A stretch of DNA of 10,454 nt from a virus (Duplodnaviria; Heunggongvirae; Uroviricota; Caudoviricetes). The notes under the pieces are model-generated. The model saw nothing but the letters and a program-made list of their open reading frames with translations. It was not told where the DNA came from and made no database searches. Each line of letters begins with the position of its first letter. Position 1 is the first letter of the stretch. This document shows positions 1-6,321 of this stretch, piece by piece. A program made the position numbers and the translations under genes. Location: IMG/VR virus record IMGVR_UViG_2541047595_000021; one strand, 5' to 3'.

Positions 1-19
1 ATGGCGCTCATAAATCTGG

Positions 20-25
20 TATACT
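20..25 (+). promoter_or_regulatory. Candidate -10 hexamer (TATACT) of the ssrA promoter; the -35 would lie outside the window
   Basis: TATACT sits about 15 nt upstream of the mature tmRNA 5' end, consistent with a short processed leader. Sequence pattern only. Confidence 0.3.
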
Positions 26-39
26 TACCTTTACACATT

Positions 40-402
40 GGGGCTGATTCTGGATTCGACGGGATTTGCGAAACCCAAGGTGCATGCCGAGGGGCGGTTG
101 GCCTCGTAAAAAGCCGCAAAAAATAGTCGCAAACGACGAAAACTACGCTTTAGCAGCTTAATAACCTGCTTAGAGCCCTCTCTCCCTAGCCTCCGCTCTT
201 AGGACGGGGATCAAGAGAGGTCAAACCCAAAAGAGATCGCGTGGAAGCCCTGCCTGGGGTTGAAGCGTTAAAACTTAATCAGGCTAGTTTGTTAGTGGCG
301 TGTCCGTCCGCAGCTGGCAAGCGAATGTAAAGACTGACTAAGCATGTAGTACCGAGGATGTAGGAATTTCGGACGCGGGTTCAACTCCCGCCAGCTCCAC
401 CA
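40..402 (+). ncRNA. ssrA: tmRNA (transfer-messenger RNA, SsrA), 363 nt
   Basis: Begins GGGGCTGATTCTGGATTCGACGGG (tRNA-like acceptor 5' half) and ends GGTTCAACTCCCGCCAGCTCCACCA (T-arm plus CCA). Contains the tag-peptide frame at 129..161. Matches the enterobacterial tmRNA as I recall it. Confidence 0.93.
129..161 (+). other. tmRNA tag-peptide reading frame ANDENYALAA plus stop
   Basis: gcaaacgacgaaaactacgctttagcagcttaa translates to A-N-D-E-N-Y-A-L-A-A-stop, the canonical E. coli-type degradation tag. Confidence 0.88.
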
Positions 403-438
403 CTTGCTCTTCCGGATACGTCCGGAGAAATCCTGAAA

Positions 439-470
439 GCCCGCATGGCACAAGCTCTGCGGGCTTTTTT
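439..470 (+). terminator. Rho-independent terminator downstream of ssrA
   Basis: GC-rich stem GCCCGCA...TGCGGGC followed by a run of six T (465..470). Confidence 0.6.
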
Positions 471-514
471 GTGTCTACCGTTGTCCGAGGATATCCAGCT
501 AAATCCAGTGATTA

Positions 515-566
515 TTGGTATACGTTTAGGTATACGGTAGGATGTATACCTAAACGCGTATACCAA
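515..566. repeat. Imperfect inverted repeat (about 21-bp arms, 8-bp spacer) just upstream of int; possible integrase arm sites or int operator
   Basis: Left arm TTGGTATACGTTTAGGTATAC (515..535); right arm 544..566 is its reverse complement with a 2-nt CG insertion. Repeated GTATAC cores. Sits between the ssrA terminator and the int ribosome-binding site. Confidence 0.55.
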
Positions 567-586
567 TTCATGAAGGAGCGGCCACA

Positions 587-1792
587 GTGGCAAGAACGAC
601 ACGCCCCCTGACCAACACAGAAGTTCTGCGCGCTAAAGCGTTAGAAAAGGATCTAACGTTACATGATGGCGATGGCCTTTTTCTGCTCATTAAAACGAAC
701 GGTAAGAAGTTGTGGCGTTTCCGTTATCAACGTCCAGCAACAAAACAGCGGACAATGATGGGGCTTGGTGCTTTCCCCGCCCTTTCACTTGCTGATGCTC
801 GACGGTTAAGAGCGGATTACCTTGCTTTGTTGGCTAATGGTATAGACCCACAAGTTCAAGCTGAATTTATCGAAGAACAACAACAGATAGCTCTAGACAG
901 TATTTTTTCGACTGTTGCGACCAACTGGTTCCAGATAAAAAGCAAAAGTGTTTCCCCTGATTACGCTAAAGATATATGGCGCTCGCTGGAAAAAGACATA
1001 TTCCCAGCCATTGGAGAGATTCCCGTCCAACAAATCAAAGCCCGTACGCTAGTCGAAGCTCTTGAGCCAATCAAAGCTCGTGGGGCTCTTGAAACTGTAC
1101 GTCGACTGATACAGCGGATTAACGAGATAATGATTTACGCTGTAAACACTGGTCTGATTGATGCCAATCCAGCATCGGGGGTTGGGATGGCCTTTGAGAA
1201 GCCCAAAAAGCAAAACATGCCAACATTGCGGCCAGAAGAATTGCCGAAGCTGATGCGTTCTTTAGCTATGTCAAACCTATCTGTTTCGACTCGCTGTCTC
1301 ATTGAATGGCAACTCCTGACACTTGTGCGTCCTTCTGAAGCCTCTGGTGCTCGTTGGGCAGAGCTCGATCTTGATACAAAGCTCTGGACTATTCCGGCAG
1401 AGAGAATGAAAGCCAAACGAGAGCACATTGTTCCTTTATCACCCCAAGCTTTAGATATTTTGGAAGTGATGAAGCCCATCAGTGCTCATCGTGAACATAT
1501 TTTTCCTAGCAGAAATGATCCTAAGCAATCAATGAATAGCCAAACTGCTAATGCAGCTTTAAAACGTATTGGTTTTGGAGGAAAGCTAGTTGCTCATGGC
1601 CTCCGATCTATTGCAAGTACAGCAATGAATGAAGCTGGGTTCAATGCGGATGTTATTGAAGCAGCTTTAGCTCACAGTGATAAAAATGAAGTTCGTAAAG
1701 CCTATAATCGTTCAACCTACCTGGTTCAAAGAAAAGATTTAATGAACTGGTGGGGATTATTTTGTATTAGTTCGAAGAGTGTGAATAAATGA
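587..1792 (+). CDS. int: Tyrosine recombinase, P4-type integrase (N-terminal arm-binding DUF4102-like domain), ssrA-specific
   Basis: GTG start with AAGGAG 9 nt upstream. N-terminus LTNTEVLRAKA...DGDGLFLLIKTNGKKLWRFRYQ is the typical P4-integrase arm-binding motif. C-terminal catalytic motifs HGLRS and AHSD...RKAYNRSTY (H-x-x-R ... Y). Directly adjacent to a tmRNA gene. Confidence 0.9.
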   Translation: MARTTRPLTNTEVLRAKALEKDLTLHDGDGLFLLIKTNGKKLWRFRYQRPATKQRTMMGLGAFPALSLADARRLRADYLALLANGIDPQVQAEFIEEQQQIALDSIFSTVATNWFQIKSKSVSPDYAKDIWRSLEKDIFPAIGEIPVQQIKARTLVEALEPIKARGALETVRRLIQRINEIMIYAVNTGLIDANPASGVGMAFEKPKKQNMPTLRPEELPKLMRSLAMSNLSVSTRCLIEWQLLTLVRPSEASGARWAELDLDTKLWTIPAERMKAKREHIVPLSPQALDILEVMKPISAHREHIFPSRNDPKQSMNSQTANAALKRIGFGGKLVAHGLRSIASTAMNEAGFNADVIEAALAHSDKNEVRKAYNRSTYLVQRKDLMNWWGLFCISSKSVNK

Positions 1793-3426
1793 ATACTTAT
1801 AAGCAAACCATTAAACAAAAATCAAGATTAAACATATGGGAAACAGCTATCGCAAGGTTGACAACCCAAGCTGAGAGCTCAAGAATCTTAGAATCAAACT
1901 ATTTAACAAATCTTATAGATTTTTGTTGGAAAGATACACTAAATCAAGTTGCTATATATGATGAGAGCATTGTATTACGCAATGGTTATAATTGGGTGCA
2001 AAAAATAAGTGATAGTTATAAACCTAAAGCTGCAAGTGAACTAAAGATTGCTTTCTTTTGCGGCCCTGAACCAGAAAATGACTTGGATATACTCTTATCA
2101 TTAGATGTTAGAATAGAAAATGTCTGGGCTTTTGAAATTGATAACAATTCATATAACACTGCCTTACAAAAAGCTAAAGAGTTCTATCCAAAATTAAAAA
2201 TATTCCCTGGTTCTATTGGGGAGTTTTTTAAAACCACACATCATACCTTTGATATTATTTACCTTGATTTTACAAGTTCGTTATTGACTAAAAAGAGCCC
2301 TCCCCTTGGAGTAATAAACTCTGTATTTGACAATCAGGCCCTATCAGACTTAGGGGTGTTAATTGTAAACTCTTGCGAACCCGATGCTAACGAAGATAAC
2401 GCAACATTTCTTGCAAGTTATTTCATGAATCACGAAATAATTGAATCATCTGTAATTAACAAAACTAATGATGATGATTATGATGATAACTATGATTATT
2501 TTTCACTTTTTATTGAATCCCCCACATCACAAGGATACGATGATATAAAGTCATTAGCAAAAGTTATAAAGACTAACATATCCGGAGCGTACTCTGCCTT
2601 TTCAACAAGTTATGTAATGCACTATGCTTCAATGATTAGTCCAACACTTCGTTTTCTACAAAATAACTCATTAAAAAGACAATTATTTAATGATAAAAAA
2701 GCTGAAGTAACTGCAACCTTTGCAGAAATTGGATCAACTGACTTTTTCAAAACATTAATATCAACAGATGGTGAAGCATCGTCCCCCTCCATTTTAGGAA
2801 ACAGATTCCTAGATAATGAAAGCTACCCATTCTGGAATTTCATTGATTCATTAAATGGCTCAGGAACAAGTATTTCATCTTACTTTAAGAGCTTTTTCAC
2901 CACCGCTAAAGAAGGTGTATCCATTTTAAATGCCGTGCAATTTCTGGAATCATTTCACTCAATGCTTACAGGAGCTAGAAAGCTATTATCTCAGCGAATG
3001 CTCAATGCAATACCCCAAATAATAAAAGCAATTCCTGATGCTAGAGGTGGTTTATTCTGTGACATTCCTTTACCCCACCTTTGGTTAGAGGTGGCACTTA
3101 ATCAGTTAGGTGCACCATACCATGTAAACGTGAAAATGCATAATCGATGGAAATATAAAGCAAAAACTCGCACAATGCATACGGACTTATTTGTTTTTGA
3201 TAGATGCAGAGGTTTTTATGACTCAATGCCTATGATAGATCAATACGAAACGATTCTTACTAACATCGAAGAACAAATTTTCGCTAGGTGTTGTATTGAT
3301 ATTATTGGTAAGCAATGTCGTTGGCCAACTCCAAAACTTTATTTTGGTTCGAACCTAATTGGAATAAACGAGTCTGATTGGTCTGAGTTCGCCGAACTTC
3401 GTGAAAGAGAAATTATAAAAGAATAA
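1789..3426 (+). CDS. Hypothetical protein, 545 aa; sole cargo gene in the int-to-cos hotspot; candidate anti-phage defence or abortive-infection protein, function unknown
   Basis: Long uninterrupted ORF whose ATG overlaps the int stop (ATGA). Strongly AT-rich with AT-rich codon usage (AAA, AAT, ATT, TTA), unlike the GC-rich psu/delta/sid/alpha backbone. Residues about 85-165 (KIAFFCGPEPEND...VWAFEID...FDIIYLDF) look like a Rossmann-type nucleotide-binding fold, but this is a weak guess. Acidic D/Y-rich segment NDDDYDDNYDY encoded at 2467..2499. Confidence 0.8.
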   Translation: MNTYKQTIKQKSRLNIWETAIARLTTQAESSRILESNYLTNLIDFCWKDTLNQVAIYDESIVLRNGYNWVQKISDSYKPKAASELKIAFFCGPEPENDLDILLSLDVRIENVWAFEIDNNSYNTALQKAKEFYPKLKIFPGSIGEFFKTTHHTFDIIYLDFTSSLLTKKSPPLGVINSVFDNQALSDLGVLIVNSCEPDANEDNATFLASYFMNHEIIESSVINKTNDDDYDDNYDYFSLFIESPTSQGYDDIKSLAKVIKTNISGAYSAFSTSYVMHYASMISPTLRFLQNNSLKRQLFNDKKAEVTATFAEIGSTDFFKTLISTDGEASSPSILGNRFLDNESYPFWNFIDSLNGSGTSISSYFKSFFTTAKEGVSILNAVQFLESFHSMLTGARKLLSQRMLNAIPQIIKAIPDARGGLFCDIPLPHLWLEVALNQLGAPYHVNVKMHNRWKYKAKTRTMHTDLFVFDRCRGFYDSMPMIDQYETILTNIEEQIFARCCIDIIGKQCRWPTPKLYFGSNLIGINESDWSEFAELREREIIKE

Positions 3427-3441
3427 ATCTCCACGCGCGCA

Positions 3442-3460
3442 GTGCTTTCCCCGCCTCGCC
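3442..3460 (-). other. cos: cos site: 19-nt cohesive-end sequence of P2/P4-type phages
   Basis: Plus strand reads GTGCTTTCCCCGCCTCGCC, the reverse complement of GGCGAGGCGGGGAAAGCAC, which I recall as the shared P2/P4 cohesive end. Position between the hotspot and psu matches the P4 prophage layout. Confidence 0.65.
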
Positions 3461-3563
3461 CGCCCGCTTTGCGGGGCGGTTTTAATGCAGTTGCACTGAC
3501 ACGCTCAGACCGCGCTGGGAATGGCGCGGTTTGCAGAAAATGAGGCAGGGAAACGCATGCAAA

Positions 3564-3594
3564 GCCATGCACCTTATCGATGCATGGCTTTTTT
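3564..3594. terminator. Hairpin terminator between cos and psu (perfect 8-bp stem, T6 on the plus strand, A-tract on the other side; possibly bidirectional)
   Basis: GCCATGCA-ccttatcga-TGCATGGC followed by TTTTTT. Lies just past the 3' end of psu (minus strand) and downstream of the cargo gene (plus strand). Confidence 0.55.
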
Positions 3595-3624
3595 CAGTAA
3601 AAACGGGCGGATTTTCGGGGAATT

Positions 3625-4197
3625 TTACACTGACTGACGTGATGCAAGTTGCGCACTTTTACGCGAAAAAATCATGTTCTGCGCAGGGGTGAATTTTTCA
3701 CGGCTGTCATCCACCGAAGCCACGTCAGGCCTGAATCCGATGGTCGTTAAAATGTCGCTATCCTGTGCGGAATAATTAATTTTTTCACCCTTCGCAAGCC
3801 AGGACAGAAGGGCTTCACGCAGGGCATCTGTGGCACGCTGTATGGCACAGTTTCGGGCAATGGCCGTCAGCTCACTGTAGCCCATCAGCTCCGGTGCCAG
3901 TGCGGCCGCCAGTACTGTGCCGTGCTGCTGCATAAAATCATTCAGCCGGTCGCGGATGCTGATGTGCTGAACGGCTTCATGCGAACGAATATAACGACCG
4001 GCGGCCTGATTCACCTGCCATTTTCTGACTTCGATAATATTGCGTAATTCGTCCAGGCGGCTGACGTTTCTGCCTTCTCCTGACAGAAGCCGCAGATATT
4101 CCTGTTCGGCCGCTGCCAGCTCATTTTTGCGTTGCAGCCATGCTGCTTTGTTATTCTGACAGGTGTCAAAGGCCTGCTGTAAGGCTGTGCTTTCCAT
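3625..4197 (-). CDS. psu: Psu (polarity suppression protein; capsid-decorating, Rho-antagonist), 190 aa
   Basis: 190-aa ORF starting MESTALQQAFDTCQNNKAAW, as I recall P4 Psu. Correct position and orientation at the end of the sid-delta-psu operon. Confidence 0.85.
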   Translation of the reverse strand: MESTALQQAFDTCQNNKAAWLQRKNELAAAEQEYLRLLSGEGRNVSRLDELRNIIEVRKWQVNQAAGRYIRSHEAVQHISIRDRLNDFMQQHGTVLAAALAPELMGYSELTAIARNCAIQRATDALREALLSWLAKGEKINYSAQDSDILTTIGFRPDVASVDDSREKFTPAQNMIFSRKSAQLASRQSV

Positions 4198-4270
4198 CGT
4201 TATCTCTTTCTCATCATGCTGAAGAATAAAAATACGGTGTGCGGCGACGGCCGGGGTTAACCGGCAGCCC

Positions 4271-4771
4271 TCATTCCAGACGCAGCGAATATGATTGTGT
4301 TTTTAACCGTACTGGCGGCAGTTCCTGTTTTTCATGCAGGCGTTCTGCCAGTTCGTCCGGCGTGACCGGGCGGACAATGAAGCGGGTGATGGTCTGAAGC
4401 GTTTTAAACACCAGACCACAGTCCGGATCCGTGCACACATAAAAACGCTCGGTGACTTCCTGAGACAGACGCCGCGATGTTCTTGACAGCGCAAGGCCTT
4501 TACATCTCCGACAACAATATCCGGTAACAAGCATTCTTTTCGGGCGTTTCATACTGCCGGAGGCTGACGTCAGTGAATCGCGGTATCTCTGTTTGCCTGA
4601 AATGTATTCCATTCCTGAATCTTTACTGTCAGAGAAAAAGCTTTCACTCGCTTCAAATGTCTCAGAGCAATAAATATTCCGGCACTGTGCAATCATTATC
4701 TTGGTGCCATCGTCCATGAAATGTGCGCGACGGGTGTGAGCAACATGTCCACACGACGGGCAGTAAATCAT
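4271..4771 (-). CDS. delta: Delta (Ogr/Delta-family zinc-finger late transcription activator, duplicated Ogr-like domains), 166 aa
   Basis: Two C-x2-C...C-x4-C zinc-finger units (CPSCGHVAH...CRNIYC and CCRRCKG...CTDPDC) typical of Ogr/Delta. Length 166 aa as in P4. Start overlaps the sid stop (ATGA). Confidence 0.85.
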   Translation of the reverse strand: MIYCPSCGHVAHTRRAHFMDDGTKIMIAQCRNIYCSETFEASESFFSDSKDSGMEYISGKQRYRDSLTSASGSMKRPKRMLVTGYCCRRCKGLALSRTSRRLSQEVTERFYVCTDPDCGLVFKTLQTITRFIVRPVTPDELAERLHEKQELPPVRLKTQSYSLRLE

Positions 4772-5502
4772 GACAGCAGTCCTCTGGCCTTAAGCTCTGC
4801 TCCCTGCTGGTCTATTTTGTCCTGCCACACCTTGCGCTGTGCCGGTGTGCCTGCCACCTCATAATCCATGTGCGGGAGTGTTGCCGCTGACAGTCCGGTC
4901 AGCCGGAGAACCGGCTCGCCGGTGAGGCTGATTTGCATCTGTTTAATTTTCTGTTCCAGCGATGATTTCACCTGCTGCATGACAGCTTTATCGGGTGCGA
5001 CGTAGCCCTGATGGCCGGTGGTGTTGGCGAGCGGATTTTCCTGTACCAGGATACTCAGATGCATTGCCCGGACAAGCGCCTCACAGGTTTCATTCAGGGC
5101 GTGTTCCAGCTCATGCTCTGCATACAGACTCAGAAGGTGATGATGTGCCTTCCGGTAGGCGGTGGCCGTGCTGTCACACGCCCCTTTCAGGCGTTCACGT
5201 TCGAAATTCAGCACCACGGCCAGATTGTCATATTCCTGTACCAGCTCCCGGCGTGCCACGCGCTCAATGTGGCGCTGTTTCAGCTCGTCGCTCAGGACAC
5301 CACCGGCTGCACGAAAGGCCGTGCGCCAGTCGTCAGCGTCGTTTCCGTTGGCCTGCGTCAGCGCATTTTTTTCCTGCTCTGCCCGTTCAATGGCCGTGAT
5401 GGTCTCATCCATCAGGCGGGCGTTCTCAAGATGAGCGGCTCTGGCCTTTTCCAGTTGTGCCAGTGCGGGTTGCAGATATTCAGGGATGGTGTTGTCAGAC
5501 AT
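4768..5502 (-). CDS. sid: Sid (capsid size determination, external scaffold), 244 aa
   Basis: The track ORF runs to a GTG at 5520, but the ATG at 5502 (MSDNTIPEYLQ...) has a GAGGAG 7 nt upstream and gives 244 aa, matching P4 Sid. Coiled-coil-like, Ala/Glu/Leu-rich composition. Confidence 0.8.
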   Translation of the reverse strand: MSDNTIPEYLQPALAQLEKARAAHLENARLMDETITAIERAEQEKNALTQANGNDADDWRTAFRAAGGVLSDELKQRHIERVARRELVQEYDNLAVVLNFERERLKGACDSTATAYRKAHHHLLSLYAEHELEHALNETCEALVRAMHLSILVQENPLANTTGHQGYVAPDKAVMQQVKSSLEQKIKQMQISLTGEPVLRLTGLSAATLPHMDYEVAGTPAQRKVWQDKIDQQGAELKARGLLS

Positions 5503-5574
5503 TTTCCGGCTCCTCGTCACTTCAGGTTAAGAAAATTGTGACGTACACCGGACAACAACACGACGCATTGCAGA

Positions 5575-5592
5575 TGTGCCAGCCCTGACACA
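5575..5592 (-). promoter_or_regulatory. TGT-N12-ACA activator box (Delta/Ogr/Cox-type) of the candidate late promoter Psid
   Basis: TGTgccagccctgacACA lies about 70-90 nt upstream of the sid ATG. P2/P4 late promoters are activated through a TGT-N12-ACA dyad centred near -55. Confidence 0.5.
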
Positions 5593-5671
5593 GGAGACTC
5601 ATCCTCACACCGGCAAGCCAGGAAAAGGTCGCAGGAAAAACCGGCTTACTGTTTGTTTTTTTATATTTTAC

Positions 5672-5775
5672 TGTTCACCTCTGTTCACCATAAGAAAAAA
5701 GATAAGTAATACAGTAAGTTAAAGGGTGAACAATCGCAGTAATGACTGTTCACCGTCTGTTCACCACTGTTCACC
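5672..5775. repeat. Cluster of six TGTTCACC octamer iterons (five direct, one inverted) in an AT-rich region; candidate alpha-binding cis replication region (crr) or origin
   Basis: TGTTCACC at 5672..5679, 5682..5689, 5747..5754, 5758..5765 and 5768..5775; inverted copy GGTGAACA at 5725..5732. This octamer is the P4 alpha-protein binding iteron in ori and crr, as I recall. Confidence 0.65.
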
Positions 5776-5879
5776 CGTTGATGGGCTTTTTGTGCTGTTT
5801 ATTACTGTTTATTTTTATTAATTCGCCGGGAATGAATAAGAAAAAACGATTTGTATTTCACTATAAAAATTACGAATTG

Positions 5880-5909
5880 CTTTAAGTGGCTTTAAATGAC
5901 TTTAAGTGG
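5880..5909 (+). repeat. Three tandem 10-bp units (CTTTAAGTGG / CTTTAAATGA / CTTTAAGTGG), helically phased; candidate protein-binding sites upstream of PLL
   Basis: Direct tandem repeat read from the sequence, 26 nt upstream of the PLL TGT-N12-ACA box. Confidence 0.5.
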
Positions 5910-5934
5910 AGATGAACAAAAAACACACAAGCAT

Positions 5935-5952
5935 TGTAAGGCTGCCGGAACA
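5935..5952 (+). promoter_or_regulatory. TGT-N12-ACA activator box of the candidate late leftward promoter PLL driving vis
   Basis: TGTaaggctgccggaACA centred about 110 nt upstream of the vis ATG, a position consistent with a -55 activator site plus leader. Confidence 0.5.
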
Positions 5953-6054
5953 AATCCCCCCTGTTGCGTCTGCCAAAAATATTCACAAAATAAAGCGCTA
6001 CCCGAAGCCGGACGGACTTATCCGGTGCTGTATGGACATTAACGAGGTAGCCCG

Positions 6055-6321
6055 ATGCAAGCTGTTTTTTCTTCCCCGTCTCCCGCCCCTGTGACGCCAC
6101 TGATGCCGCTGCCGGACATCACGCAGGAACGTTTTTTACGTCTGCCGGAAGTAATGCACCTGTGCGGCCTGTCACGCTCGACCATCTATGAACTCATCCG
6201 TAAGGGGGAATTTCCGCCGCAGGTGAGTCTTGGCGGTAAAAATGTGGCCTGGCTGCACTCTGAAGTCACCGCATGGATGGCCGGGCGCATTGCCGGACGC
6301 AAACGGGGGTACGACGCATGA
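6055..6321 (+). CDS. vis: Vis/AlpA-family helix-turn-helix regulator and excision factor, 88 aa
   Basis: [47 protein letters not shown] is a typical AlpA/Vis-type HTH. 88 aa as in P4 orf88 (Vis). GAGG ribosome-binding site 7 nt upstream. Confidence 0.8.
   Translation: MQAVFSSPSPAPVTPLMPLPDITQERFLRLPEVMHLCGLSRSTIYELIRKGEFPPQVSLGGKNVAWLHSEVTAWMAGRIAGRKRGYDA

Noticed and set aside
381-602. 73-aa minus-strand ORF overlapping the ssrA 3' end, its terminator and the int start
   Set aside because: It runs antisense through a structured RNA gene and terminator, has no ribosome-binding site and a Gly/Ser/Arg-rich low-complexity product. Spurious.
1135-1479. 114-aa minus-strand ORF inside int
   Set aside because: Entirely antisense to a well-supported integrase gene, with no initiation signals.
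1789-3426. Calling the cargo protein a DNA methyltransferase or restriction-modification component
   Set aside because: The Rossmann-like N-terminal motifs are suggestive, but there is no clear catalytic motif IV (DPPY/NPPY-type) and no partner gene. I list it as function unknown rather than assert an enzymatic class.
3339-3572. 77-aa minus-strand ORF spanning the cos site and terminator hairpins
   Set aside because: It covers the cos site and hairpins and overlaps the cargo 3' end. Arg/Ser/Pro-rich, typical of a GC-rich non-coding frame.
4303-4530. 75-aa alternative-frame ORF inside delta
   Set aside because: Same strand but a different frame from the Ogr/Delta zinc-finger ORF, which explains the region.
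4995-5541. Plus-strand ORFs of 134, 176 and 90 aa antisense to sid
   Set aside because: Mutually overlapping, antisense to sid, Arg/Pro/Cys-rich. Frame artefacts of GC-rich coding DNA.
5672-5775. TGTTCACC repeat cluster as a CRISPR array
   Set aside because: Units are 8 bp with irregular spacing of 2 to 35 bp and mixed orientation. This is an iteron cluster, not repeat-spacer architecture, and there are no cas genes.
5882-6100. 62-aa plus-strand ORF (5906..6094) and 72-aa minus-strand ORF in the PLL regulatory region
   Set aside because: Both lie across the tandem repeats and the TGT-N12-ACA box. The GGAG abuts the ATG with no spacing. More likely promoter and leader sequence for vis.
6273-6317. 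N-terminal extension of the 214-aa track ORF upstream of the ATG at 6318
   Set aside because: It starts inside vis in another frame with no ribosome-binding site. If the long ORF is real, the ATG cluster overlapping the vis stop (6318) is the more plausible start.
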